64,000 bases of DNA from Alphaproteobacteria bacterium (GTDB lineage Bacteria; Pseudomonadota; Alphaproteobacteria; UBA7887): assembly GCA_965201155.1 (NCBI GenBank), contig OZ241752.1:2127047-2191046 (forward strand), given 5' to 3'. The notes beneath the pieces are model-generated. The model had not been told where the DNA came from. It did not search any database and saw only the letters and a list, made by a program, of their open reading frames with translations. A program made the position numbers and the translations under genes. Shown piece by piece: positions 17,917 through 27,729 of the stretch (its first letter is position 1; the number at the start of each line of letters is the position of its first letter).

Positions 17917-19485
17917 CTACAATGCGCCGCTGTTCACTTCCCCGGTAATATATTCAGCTTGCCGGATGGCCAGCGCCACGATGGTCAGGGTCGGATTGGC
18001 GGCGGCGCCCGTTGTCATCACCGACCCATCCGAAACGAACAGGTTCGGCACATCATGGGCGCGGCCCCAGCGATCGACCACCCCGTCCTCGGGATTTTCG
18101 CTCATCCGGCAGGTACCGAGATTGTGCGTCGAAGGATAGGGCGGAGTCCGATGATGGCCGACGGCGCCGACCGCTTCATACATCTTTTCGGCGCGCTCAT
18201 AGGCATGGTTCCGCATGGCGATGTCGTTGGGATGATCGTCGAAATGGACATTCGCCACCGGCAGATCCTACTGGTCGCGCACCGAGTCGGAAAGGGTGAT
18301 GCGGTTTGTCGCCTGCGGCATATCCTCGCCGACGATCCACAACCCGGCAATATTGGCGTATGCGTCGATCATTGCGGTGAAATCCGCACCCCACGCGCCG
18401 GGCTCGATGAAGCTCGAGAGGAATGCCGGCCCGAGCGACAGGGTTTCCATATAGTACCCGCCGACGAAACCCCGCGACGGGTCGTTCTTCACTTCGTCGG
18501 CAAGGAACCCGGCCATGGTTTCACCGCGGAACATATGCACCGGCTTGTCGAACCGTGCATAGACGGAACCCGTCATATGCCGCATATAGTTGCGGCCCAC
18601 CTGGTCGGAACTGTTCGCCAGCCCGTTGGGGAACATGGAGCTGGCGCTCAACAGCAGCAGGCGCGGGGTTTCGATCGAATTACCTGCCATGCACACCGCA
18701 CGGGCGGCTTGCCGCTGCAGATTGCCGTCCGCATCGACATACAGAACAGCGTCGACCTTGCCGGAATCATCATGGGTGATCTTCACCGCATGGGATTGCG
18801 GGCGCAGGTCGAGGAGTCCCGTCTCAAGCGCGCGCGGAATTTCGCGAACCCGGGTGTTCCATTTGGAGCCATTCTTGTCACCCTGGAAGTTGAATCCGTC
18901 CTGGATCGAACCGGGGCGTCCGTCATAGGGTTCGGCGTTCGTCGCATAGGGGCCGGTAGCATAGTTCTTGTATCCGACCCGCTCGGCGCCGTTTGCGAAC
19001 ATCTTGTAATTGTTGTTCGCCGGCAGGGGCGGACGCCCATGGCGGTGGGTTGATCCCATGGCCATCTCGGCCTTGTCGTAATAGGGCGCCATGTCCTCCA
19101 GTGAAATCGGCCAGTCGAGCAGGGTTGCACCTGCGACCTCGCCATAAGTCGACCGAGCCTTGAACTCATAGTCGAGGAAGCGCGGGGTGGCGCCAGCCCA
19201 GTGAGTTGTGGTCCCGCCGACGGCCTTGACCAGCCATGCCGGCACGCCGGGGAAATCCTTGGCGACGCGCCATGATCCGCTGGTCGTACGCGGGTCAAGC
19301 CATGCCATCTGAATGAACGACTCCCACTCGTCATTCACATAGTCTTCACGTTTCAGGTAGGGCCCGGCTTCGAGAACGACGCAGGGAACGCCGGCCTTGG
19401 TAAACTCATAGGCCATTGTCCCGCCGCCGGCACCGGAGCCGATGATGATGATTGCAGCTTCGTCATTTGCGATCCTGGTCATCAC
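17917..19485 (-). pseudogene. GMC-family FAD dehydrogenase large subunit (gluconate 2-dehydrogenase flavoprotein-like) interrupted by an in-frame TAG
   Basis: The two track ORFs (18268-19485 and 17917-18258) are in the same frame and separated only by an amber codon at 18268-18270 (plus-strand CTA). The N-terminus has the FAD motif IIIGSGAGGG. The C-terminal piece carries the GMC signature region (GTCRMSENPEDGVVD...HDVPNLFVSDGSVMTT). Confidence 0.7.
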
Positions 19486-20091
19486 TAGGCCCCTTGTTCC
19501 GTAATCCGCGGCTCCGGCAGCCAGTCGAGATCGTTGAAACCGCGATTGATGTATCCGCCCTGGTCAAAGCTCGGCCCCTCATAGCCCAGCAGTTCCCAGA
19601 CCTCCTTGTCATTGTAGAGAGCGACTACCGCACCGCCCCGCTCCGAAGAATCCCGAATCTTCGATGCTCTTTAGATATTCGGTCGCCGCCGCGTCATCGA
19701 GCTGCGCGAAACCGTTGTCGGCAAGGCTCTGCAGCCCGTCGGCGGACGCCATCTTTTGCGCCGGCGTCTTGTTTGCCGCGCCGAACACTGCATCCGCCGT
19801 TCGCTCATAGGGGCCGTCGCCAAAGCGGGCATGCGGATACATGACCCGGATCATGCGGATGATCAGCGCGCGTTCTGCGGGGGCCGCGCCGAGAACGATC
19901 GGTGCACCGGCGGCGCCCTGAGCGGACGCAGCCTTGCTGCTGACAACCGCTATATCACCGGCAATGGTTGGCCCGAACAGCGCCGCCGAAGCGGTTCCGA
20001 GCAGCAGAGACCGTCGTGACAGGTCCATTCTTCCAATCCCCCTGAATTCCGGCAATATCGGCAGCGCCCCCTGCACAGCACGGTCTCCCAC
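19485..20091 (-). pseudogene. Gluconate 2-dehydrogenase subunit 3-like (Tat-exported small subunit), frameshifted
   Basis: The 160-aa ORF (19609-20091) has a Tat motif (MDLSRRSLLLGTASAA). A +1/-1 frame carries a convincing C-terminus (...ALYNDKEVWELLGYEGPSFDQGGYINRGFNDLDWL) whose TAG overlaps the GTG start of the downstream GMC gene by 1 nt. The shift maps to about 19625-19660, a G/C run. Confidence 0.55.
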
Positions 20092-20338
20092 GGCGCAGAA
20101 GCGACCCTGGAGGAGATCGTACAGCGTTCGCTTTCGATATTGCGCCTAACTCGCATTCTCATTGCGACTGGTTCTCATTCGTAGTGGGAAATGGGACATA
20201 CTGTCAACAGCAGCCAGGATGGCGGGGTTGAAATTCGCGCATGCGCTGCGTCGGGCCGCGGGTCCGTGCGATTTGCGCGCGGTCCGCAGGTGCAGGCGGA
20301 CCGCCTGCGCGCGAGCCCGACGGGATGCCGTCAGGGCG

Positions 20339-21556
20339 TCACGGCCAAACCGGGTCCGGTTCCATTTGGGGGAAGACCGGCCCGTCATAGGGGTGGGCCT
20401 CCGCGACCTCTTCGTCGAGTTCGACGCCGATCCCCGGCGCGGTCGGCGGAATGATCCGGCCTTCCTGCCAGATGATCGGCTCTTTCAGGATTTCCGCATA
20501 AAACCCGTCAAAGCGCTCGATGCTTTCCTGAATCAGGAAGTTCGGGCTGCATGTGCCGATCTGGATGTTGGCGGCCGCTTCCATCGGCCCGCAATAGAGG
20601 TGCGGGGCGATGGATACGTAATGCGCTTCCGCCATGCCGGCGATTTTCTTTGCTTCAAGCAGTCCGCCCACGCGCGCGAGCGCCGGTTGAATGGTCGCTG
20701 CGGCTTGCGCCTGCAGGAGCGGCGCAAACTCATATTTTGTGGCCAGCCGCTCGCCGGTAGCCACGGGGATCGAGGTGGCGCGCGCCACTCTCGCCATTTC
20801 GGCGATGTTTTCCGGCGGCACCGGTTCCTCGAACCAGAGCGGATGAAACGGCTCGAGGCGTTTTGCCAGCGCGATGGCCGCCGAGGCGGTCGGCTGGCCA
20901 TGCGTGCCGATCAGCAGGTCGCACCGGCTGCCCACCGCCTCGCGCATATTGCGGGTCATGAGTTCCGCATTGTCGAGCGCCTGCAGCGACAATTGTCTCG
21001 GGTCGAACGACCCCATCGGCATGATCGGGTCATATTTCAGCGCGGTGAAGCCCATCGCGACGTACTCTGCGGCGCGCTGCGGCCCGGCTTCCGGATCGCC
21101 GAATATATTGGCGATCTCAAGCGGATCATCGCTGTCCGCCTCTGCTGCAGTCGGCGGGTAGAGATAGGTATAGGAGCGCAGCGTCTCATTCACCTGCCCG
21201 CCAAGCAGGTTGTAGACAGGCTGGTCGAGTGCCTTGCCGATTACGTCCCAGCAGGCGATTTCAAGCCCGCTCAGTACGCCCATCAGCGCATGGTCCGGAT
21301 GCTGCCCATAGGCGCGGCTGTAGATTCGCCGCCACAGCGTCTCGATACGGAAGGGATCGGCGCCGATAACATGCTGTTCCGCCACATCCTCGATCATGCG
21401 GCAGGTGACGCGCGGGCTGAACGGGACGCCATACGCCTCTCCATAGCCATGCAACCCGTTATCCGTCGTGAGACGGAGAAACACCCAACAGGGTCCACCG
21501 CGATGCGGCGGCGGATTGGCGACAGCCCAAGTCCTGACGTCCGTGATTTTCATCAT
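20339..21556 (-). CDS. Enolase-superfamily enzyme, mandelate racemase/muconate lactonizing (acid-sugar dehydratase-like) family
   Basis: 405 aa. N-terminal capping domain ([10 protein letters not shown] ... GYGEAYG) and a C-terminal TIM barrel with the metal-ligand pattern. Lies upstream of, and on the same strand as, the GMC dehydrogenase genes. Confidence 0.8.
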   Translation of the reverse strand: MMKITDVRTWAVANPPPHRGGPCWVFLRLTTDNGLHGYGEAYGVPFSPRVTCRMIEDVAEQHVIGADPFRIETLWRRIYSRAYGQHPDHALMGVLSGLEIACWDVIGKALDQPVYNLLGGQVNETLRSYTYLYPPTAAEADSDDPLEIANIFGDPEAGPQRAAEYVAMGFTALKYDPIMPMGSFDPRQLSLQALDNAELMTRNMREAVGSRCDLLIGTHGQPTASAAIALAKRLEPFHPLWFEEPVPPENIAEMARVARATSIPVATGERLATKYEFAPLLQAQAAATIQPALARVGGLLEAKKIAGMAEAHYVSIAPHLYCGPMEAAANIQIGTCSPNFLIQESIERFDGFYAEILKEPIIWQEGRIIPPTAPGIGVELDEEVAEAHPYDGPVFPQMEPDPVWP

Positions 21557-21827
21557 GCGTTCCTTGCTGGATTTCCCACGAGTTCAACTTCCCAAGTGGA
21601 CGCCGCACTCACCACCATGTTGTTCGACTCATCCGCGATCACGGCATCCTCGCCGGCTTCCGCCTATGCCAGCAGTCGGGAGAGATCTGTCCTGCCCATG
21701 CGGGGATTTACAACACACAAGAGATTTTCGCGCTGAATTTCGGAAAATCGGAATCGCGATTCACCAAGGTAGCGGCTGCGGCAAGGTCTTGTATAGTGCG
21801 CTCCGTGATCGGAGTGTTTACGCTGCT

Positions 21828-22136
21828 ATGGAGCTTCGCATGGCTGGAAAATTGCAAGGGGAAGCGTTGGCTGCCGCTGTTGCCGGCCTTGAGGGGTGGG
21901 CGCAGGTGAAAGGCCGCGAAGCCATCACCAAGACCTACAGGTTTGACGATTTCAACGCCGCATTCGGGTGGATGTGCCGCGTCGCGCTCAAGGCCGAGCG
22001 CATGGACCATCACCCGGAATGGTTCAATGTCTATAATCGCGTCGAAGTGACCTTGGCGAGCCACGATGTAGACGGAGTTAGCGAGCGCGATATTGCATTG
22101 GCCGCCTTCATGGATGGCTTGCAGGTGCGCGGGTAG
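21828..22136 (+). CDS. phhB: 4a-hydroxytetrahydrobiopterin dehydratase (pterin-4a-carbinolamine dehydratase)
   Basis: About 102 aa from the ATG at 21828. PCD signature [24 protein letters not shown]. The upstream part of the longer track ORF overlaps the enolase gene and is not coding. Confidence 0.8.
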   Translation: MELRMAGKLQGEALAAAVAGLEGWAQVKGREAITKTYRFDDFNAAFGWMCRVALKAERMDHHPEWFNVYNRVEVTLASHDVDGVSERDIALAAFMDGLQVRG

Positions 22137-22167
22137 CTGACTCCTTCGAAATGCGGCATCCCGCTTC

Positions 22168-22593
22168 GTGATACCCAGAGTGCCGTTCTGGCTGGGCGTT
22201 GCGAGTGCGCTGCCATTCGCTGCGGGGGCGCCGGCGATTGCGCTTGGCCCGGACTGGCTGCAGGCCACCGCCTATTATCATCTGACGAATTATGCGGCGT
22301 TGAATCTGGCGTTTCTCGGCGCCGTGCTGTGGGGGTTTGCGGCGGCGACCGGCGCGTCAGGGCGCTGGTTTGCGGCGGCGGCGGTTCCGCTGCTGGCAGG
22401 CTGGATATCGCTGGCGGCGATTCATCCGGTATTGCGCGCCTTGCTGCTGGTGGGCGGTTTTGCCGCCGCATTCGCGCTTGACCTGCTGGCCGGCAAAGGG
22501 GGAATAGCACCGCGCTGGTATGTGCGTCTGCGCAAGCCGCTGACGGCGGTGACGCTGGTTTCCCTCGGGGTGATTGCCGTTACCGCGAATTGA
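22168..22593 (+). CDS. Hypothetical small membrane protein (about 4 TM)
   Basis: 141 aa, mostly hydrophobic helices with good codon usage for the genome. Function unknown. Confidence 0.5.
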   Translation: MIPRVPFWLGVASALPFAAGAPAIALGPDWLQATAYYHLTNYAALNLAFLGAVLWGFAAATGASGRWFAAAAVPLLAGWISLAAIHPVLRALLLVGGFAAAFALDLLAGKGGIAPRWYVRLRKPLTAVTLVSLGVIAVTAN

Positions 22594-22666
22594 TGCGCCG
22601 TGCCCCCGCATCGCCTATAGTCTGCGCGGCAGCGCCGATCCGCGCCGGAATAATGTGGAGAATGTC

Positions 22667-23779
22667 ATGAAGTGGGGTGTATTCAGCCTGAGCCAGGTTC
22701 CCGACCTCGACAAGGTAAGCCAGTCATTCGATGACGACATGGCGTATTTCGAACGCGCGGAAGCGCTGGGTTTCGACAGTGTGTGGCTTGCCGAGCATCT
22801 GTTCTCCAATTACGGCGTTGTGACCTCGACGCAGGTTTACGCAGCCGCGGTGGCGGCGCGCACCAGCCGGGTTGCCATCGGTACGGCAGTGGTGGTCGTC
22901 CCGTTCAATCACCCGCTGCGCACAGCGTCGGATTTTGCGCTGGTTGATGTCCTGTCGCACGGACGGCTGCTGTTCGGCGCCGGGCGGGCCTATCAGCCGC
23001 ACGAATTTGTCGGCCTGGACCTGCCGATGGAAGCGAGCCGCGGCATGTATGAAGAAGGGCTCGACATCATCCTCGACGCCTGGACCAAGGATACCATCTC
23101 CCACGACGGCGAGTTCTGGAAAATTCGCGAGCCGGTGGAAGTGCTGCCGAAACCGATTCAAAAGCCGCATCCGCCGCTTTATCAGGCGTGCATTTCACCG
23201 GAGAGCTTCAGGAACGCTGCGCGCCGCGGAGCCCACCTGCAAATCGCCTCGCCGTTCAGCTACCGCACCTATCGCGAAGCCTGGATCGACCGGCTGGCGG
23301 AAAGCATCGAGGCCTATGAGCAGGAGCGCGCGGCCTGCGGGTTGGACCCGAAAGGCGGCGAACGGATGATGCTGCTTCCCTTCTATACGGCGGAAGACGG
23401 CGCGGAAGCGCAAGAGGTGTTCGGCGAGCGGGTGGAATGGTTTTACTCGAAAGTCACCGCCAACCAGCAATCGATCGCGAACCAGCCGCCGGTGATCGCC
23501 GGCTATGAACTGACGATGGAGGAAAGCCGGAAGACTCTCTCTGGCGGCTATCTGTCGTTTGCGAAGTTGCACGAACATGGCGCGGCGATTGCCGACGACC
23601 CCGCCGGCTGCGCCGAACGATTGATCGATTTGCGGGACCGCCTCGGCATTACCGAGTTCGTGCTGTGGCCCAATCTGGGCGGCATGCCGGCGGCGCGCGC
23701 CATGCGTTCCATGGAACTCACCATCACCGAGGTGGCCCCCCGGGTGGAAGCATCCGAGGCAAAGGCGGCTGCCGAATAG
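22667..23779 (+). CDS. LLM class flavin-dependent oxidoreductase (luciferase-like monooxygenase)
   Basis: 370 aa from the ATG at 22667, which is preceded by a GGAG. MKWGVFSL...AEALGFDSVWLAEHLFSNYGV is typical of the LLM fold. Confidence 0.8.
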   Translation: MKWGVFSLSQVPDLDKVSQSFDDDMAYFERAEALGFDSVWLAEHLFSNYGVVTSTQVYAAAVAARTSRVAIGTAVVVVPFNHPLRTASDFALVDVLSHGRLLFGAGRAYQPHEFVGLDLPMEASRGMYEEGLDIILDAWTKDTISHDGEFWKIREPVEVLPKPIQKPHPPLYQACISPESFRNAARRGAHLQIASPFSYRTYREAWIDRLAESIEAYEQERAACGLDPKGGERMMLLPFYTAEDGAEAQEVFGERVEWFYSKVTANQQSIANQPPVIAGYELTMEESRKTLSGGYLSFAKLHEHGAAIADDPAGCAERLIDLRDRLGITEFVLWPNLGGMPAARAMRSMELTITEVAPRVEASEAKAAAE

Positions 23780-23797
23780 CAGCGGTATGACGAGCCT

Positions 23798-24634
23798 TCA
23801 GCGGCGCAAACCGGTGCAGAGCGCCGCGTAGTCGGGGTAATCCGGCGTGATGAGGCCGCGGCGGATGAAGAAGTCGATCATCACCAACGCGGAGTCGAAC
23901 TTGATGTCGGTTGTGTCGGCAAGCCGGCGCATGACCTCCGCCGCGGGCCATAGCCGGAAATCGCTCACTTCGCCGTCGCGATTTTCCGGCGTGAAGCTGT
24001 GCGGCACCGCCAGGTCGAAAACGAAGAGGACCGCGCGCCGCAGACCCACCGCGGTATCCAGCCGGTAGTTGACAATCCCTGCCGGAGTGGCCTCTGCGGC
24101 CAGTTCGGCAGGAATTCCCGCTTCCTCGGCGCATTCCTTCAGCAGATTTTCGGTGAGGCTGATTCCGGCCGGCTGTCCGCCGCCGGTGATATTGTCGAAT
24201 TGCCCGGGGAAGGTGCCGTCCAGCGCGCGGCGCGGTACCCACAGGGAGAGGTTCTGCCCGTTCGTCACATAGCCGTTGACATGGATGCCGTGGGCGGTGA
24301 TGCCGAACAATTCCGTTCCGGCGCGGTCGATGTCGCACATCCGGTCGCCGAACTGCACCCCCACCGCGAAGGCCTCGTCCCGCCACGGGCTGCAGAATCC
24401 GCGCGCGGCCAGCGATCGCACCGCCGCGTTGAGCGCCGCCGTGCGCGGCGCGGCGCCGGCGAGATGCGGCGCCAGTCTCACGCCCTCCGGTTCCACTATC
24501 AGGCCCTCGCATTCGGCGAGCAGGGGCAGGCGGTCGCGGCGCACCTGCCCGACCTGGATTCCGGCAATGGCGAACGGCGCGTACAGCCCCGGATCGTGCC
24601 GGTTGCATTCACGAATACGATCAAGAAAACTCAT
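23798..24634 (-). CDS. NUDIX hydrolase with N-terminal extension (DUF4743-like)
   Basis: About 278 aa from the internal Met (MSFLDRIRE). The Nudix box is approximately GGGQPAGISLTENLLKECAEEAGI. Confidence 0.6.
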   Translation of the reverse strand: MSFLDRIRECNRHDPGLYAPFAIAGIQVGQVRRDRLPLLAECEGLIVEPEGVRLAPHLAGAAPRTAALNAAVRSLAARGFCSPWRDEAFAVGVQFGDRMCDIDRAGTELFGITAHGIHVNGYVTNGQNLSLWVPRRALDGTFPGQFDNITGGGQPAGISLTENLLKECAEEAGIPAELAAEATPAGIVNYRLDTAVGLRRAVLFVFDLAVPHSFTPENRDGEVSDFRLWPAAEVMRRLADTTDIKFDSALVMIDFFIRRGLITPDYPDYAALCTGLRR

Positions 24635-24690
24635 GAGATAGTGCGTGTTCGGGCAAGCGGTAACGGAAAACCACGGGAGACTATCCGAGC

Positions 24691-25710
24691 ATGAGTCCGC
24701 GGCAAACCCTGGCACATATTTTGTGTCTGAACACGGTGCTGCTGGCGGCGGCTTGCGCGGCCGGGCACCATTCCGACGCGGCACGGGCAGAGCCGCCGCA
24801 TATTGCCGATGATGCGCTGATCACCGGCGATGGCGCCGCGCTGCCGGTGCGCCGCTGGCTGCCGGACGGGCCGCCGCGCGGGGTTGTTCTGGGCGTGCAC
24901 GGCTTCAATGACTATGGCAACGCCTTTGCCATTCCCGCCGTGCGGTGGACAGCGGCCGGGATGGCGGTATTCAGTTACGACCAAAGGGGTTTCGGCGCTG
25001 CCGACGCGCCGGGCCGCTGGGCCGGCGGGACCGTGATGGTCGATGACCTGGCCGATATGACGGCGGCGCTGGCGGCGGCCCATCCGGAGCTGCCGCTCAC
25101 CGTCGTCGGCGTCAGCATGGGGGGTGCGGTGGCTGTGGCGGCATTGGCGGCGCAGCGGCTGCCCGACGCTGCCGGCGTGGTACTGGTTGCGCCGGCCGTA
25201 TGGGCGCGGGAGACCATGCCGCTTCCCTATCGAGCCACATTGTGGCTGGCGGCGCGCACTCTGCCATGGCTGCGCCTTGGCGGCCGCGGACTCGGAATCA
25301 CACCGTCGGACAACAGGGAAATGCTGCGCGCACTGGGCCGCGACCCGCTGATCATCAGGAAAAGCCGCGTCGATGTGCTGGAAGGATTGACGGACCTGAT
25401 GGATCAGGCCTACGCCGCGGCGCCGGCAGCGGCAGCGGCAGGTGCGTCTGTGCTGCTGCTCTACGGTGCCAATGACGAGATCATCCCCAGAGCGCCCACC
25501 GAGGACACGGTATGCCGCATGGCGCCGGAGACGCGCATGGGAGTTTATCCCCAGGGCTTCCACATGCTGCTGCGCGACTTGCAGGCGTCGGTAGTCCATG
25601 ATGATGTTCTGGCCTGGATCGACGACCGGCAGGCGCCGCTGCCTTCCGGCGCGGAAGACGAGGCGCGTTCGTTCTTTCCCTGTCTTTCCGTGCTTTCCCC
25701 GGACGCCTGA
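24691..25710 (+). CDS. Secreted alpha/beta hydrolase (lysophospholipase/monoacylglycerol-lipase-like)
   Basis: 339 aa. Signal/lipoprotein-like N-terminus (LLAAACAAG), HG oxyanion motif (GVHGFNDYG) and nucleophile elbow GVSMGG. Confidence 0.75.
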   Translation: MSPRQTLAHILCLNTVLLAAACAAGHHSDAARAEPPHIADDALITGDGAALPVRRWLPDGPPRGVVLGVHGFNDYGNAFAIPAVRWTAAGMAVFSYDQRGFGAADAPGRWAGGTVMVDDLADMTAALAAAHPELPLTVVGVSMGGAVAVAALAAQRLPDAAGVVLVAPAVWARETMPLPYRATLWLAARTLPWLRLGGRGLGITPSDNREMLRALGRDPLIIRKSRVDVLEGLTDLMDQAYAAAPAAAAAGASVLLLYGANDEIIPRAPTEDTVCRMAPETRMGVYPQGFHMLLRDLQASVVHDDVLAWIDDRQAPLPSGAEDEARSFFPCLSVLSPDA

Positions 25711-25724
25711 GGGCACGCGCCGTC

Positions 25725-26903
25725 TCAGGGTGTCCTTTCCGTGTCGAGGCCGCGCCACAGTGTCGCGCCCGCGGCGATCAATATCGCGGCGCCGGCAAGG
25801 AAGGGCCATGCGCGTCCGGCGCCCGCGAACAGCGCGCCGGCGCCGACGGGGCCGGCAATTCGCGCCAGTGATGCCGCTGACTGGGCTATGCCGAGGCTTG
25901 CGCCCTGACGGCCGGCACCGGCATGGCGAGACACGAGAGCATGCAGGGTGGGATTGGCCAGGGCGAAACCGGCGCCCAGTGCGGCCAGCGCGGCGCCCAC
26001 GCCGACGGGGTCTTGCGCCAGTGGCAGCATGGCAAGGCCGACCGCCAGCACGCCAATGCCAATACCAAGGACACGCCGGCTTCCGAGGCGCCGGGTCAGC
26101 GGCCCGATCACGCCGCCCTGGATGATCACGGCCACCAGCCCCACACCTGCCACCGCATAGCCGACATCGCGCGGCGCCCACGCCAATTGCTGTTCCGCCC
26201 ACAGGGCAAAGACTGCTTCGAACGCGGCAAAGGCGAGTATGACGACAAAGAACAGCGCCACCAGCGGCCGCAAACCCGCTTGCTGCCATGCGGCCGCCGG
26301 CGCTCCGAGCCAGGCGCCGCCCGAACGGGCGATGGCGGTCGGCGGTCGGGCGGTTTCCGCCCGGCGCGGCTCCCGCAGCGCGAAGCCAGCCAGCGTCAGC
26401 GCGGCGGCAGCGGCGGCGGCGGCGGCAAGCGGCGGGGTCATGAAGTCCACGGCGTCCGCCGGACCGGCCAGCAGCCCGCCGAGCGCCGGGCCGACAATGA
26501 AACCGGCGCCGAACGCTGCGCCGAACAGCCCCATGCCGCGTGCCCGCTGCTCCGGTGTTGTCATGTCAGCGACACACGCTTGCGCGGCAGCGATATTACC
26601 GGCCGCCGCGCCGGCAAAGGCACGCGATACCGCCAGCCAGGCATAGGAGGGTGCAAAGGCCATCAGCACATATCCGCCGACGGCGCCTGCCAGGCTGCCG
26701 ATCAGCACCGGCTTGCGGCCGAAGCGGTCCGACAGGCTTCCCAGCAGCGGCGCTGTGGCGAACTGCATCAGCGAATAGAGCGCCATCAGGGCGGTGACCT
26801 GAAACGGCGATGCACCGTGATGCTCGGCATAGAACGGCAGCAGCGGAACGATCATGCCGAAGCCGGCCAAGTCGATGAAAACAATAAGCAGCAGAACCGG
26901 CAT
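25725..26903 (-). CDS. MFS transporter (Tet/multidrug-efflux-like, 12 TM)
   Basis: 392 aa. MFS signature GSLSDRFGRKPVL between TM2 and TM3. Confidence 0.8.
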   Translation of the reverse strand: MPVLLLIVFIDLAGFGMIVPLLPFYAEHHGASPFQVTALMALYSLMQFATAPLLGSLSDRFGRKPVLIGSLAGAVGGYVLMAFAPSYAWLAVSRAFAGAAAGNIAAAQACVADMTTPEQRARGMGLFGAAFGAGFIVGPALGGLLAGPADAVDFMTPPLAAAAAAAAALTLAGFALREPRRAETARPPTAIARSGGAWLGAPAAAWQQAGLRPLVALFFVVILAFAAFEAVFALWAEQQLAWAPRDVGYAVAGVGLVAVIIQGGVIGPLTRRLGSRRVLGIGIGVLAVGLAMLPLAQDPVGVGAALAALGAGFALANPTLHALVSRHAGAGRQGASLGIAQSAASLARIAGPVGAGALFAGAGRAWPFLAGAAILIAAGATLWRGLDTERTP

Positions 26904-27039
26904 GAAGGGAAGCAGTGCAGGAGCGGGGCAGCGTGGTCATAACAAGCCGCGGGGATGATTCCAATCTCCCCGCCATCGGTCTTCGGAAGCGGCGCCTCTC
27001 TGCTACATTGGCCCCGGATATGGGAAAAGGAGAGCGAAT

Positions 27040-27729
27040 ATGGCGGAGTTCCAAAGCTTCGGGGCCGGCCTGACGGGATTCCTCGAAGAACTCCGCTCAA
27101 ACAACGACCTGACCTGGTTTGCCGCGAACCGGGAGCGTTATGAGGCGGTGGTGCGCGAGCCGGCGCGTGCATTCATTCGGGCCATGGCTCCTGCCCTTGC
27201 CGCCATCTCCCCCCATTTCCGCGCCGATGATCGCAAGACGGGCGGCTCCCTGATGCGCATCTATCGCGATACGCGCTTCTCGCGCGACAAGACGCCGTAC
27301 AAGACCAATCTGGGGATCCAGTTCCGCCATGCGCTCGGCCGCGATGTTCATGCACCGGGTTTCTACGTCCATATCGAGCCGGGACGCGCATTCCTCGGGG
27401 TCGGGGCATGGCGTCCTGCTTCCGGTACGCTCTTCATGATCCGCACGCGCATCGACAAAAAGCTGGACGAATGGCGCACCATTCGCGGCGATACCGTGTT
27501 CACATCGTCGTTCCACCTGGGCGGAGAGAGCCTGAAAAGGATTCCGCAAGGGTTCGCGAAGGACCATCCGTTCGCGGAAGACCTGCGGCGAAAAAACTTC
27601 ATCGCCATCCACGAGCTTCCCCTCCGGGATGCACTCGGACCGGCGCTCCCGAATCTCGCGGCTGCCCGGATGCGGGATGCCTGCGGATTCATGGGATTTC
27701 TCTGCAAAGCGTTGGAAGTGCCGTTCTGA
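27040..27729 (+). CDS. DUF2461 (TIGR02453) family protein
   Basis: 229 aa. Characteristic RIYRDTRFSRDKTPYKTN segment. The stop overlaps the next gene's ATG (ATGA). Confidence 0.6.
   Translation: MAEFQSFGAGLTGFLEELRSNNDLTWFAANRERYEAVVREPARAFIRAMAPALAAISPHFRADDRKTGGSLMRIYRDTRFSRDKTPYKTNLGIQFRHALGRDVHAPGFYVHIEPGRAFLGVGAWRPASGTLFMIRTRIDKKLDEWRTIRGDTVFTSSFHLGGESLKRIPQGFAKDHPFAEDLRRKNFIAIHELPLRDALGPALPNLAAARMRDACGFMGFLCKALEVPF

Noticed and set aside
21468-21827. N-terminal 120 codons of the 222-aa ORF containing phhB
   Set aside because: This stretch overlaps the 5' end of the convergent or divergent enolase gene. It is Pro/Ser/Arg-rich junk. A plausible ATG with PCD-length product begins at 21828.
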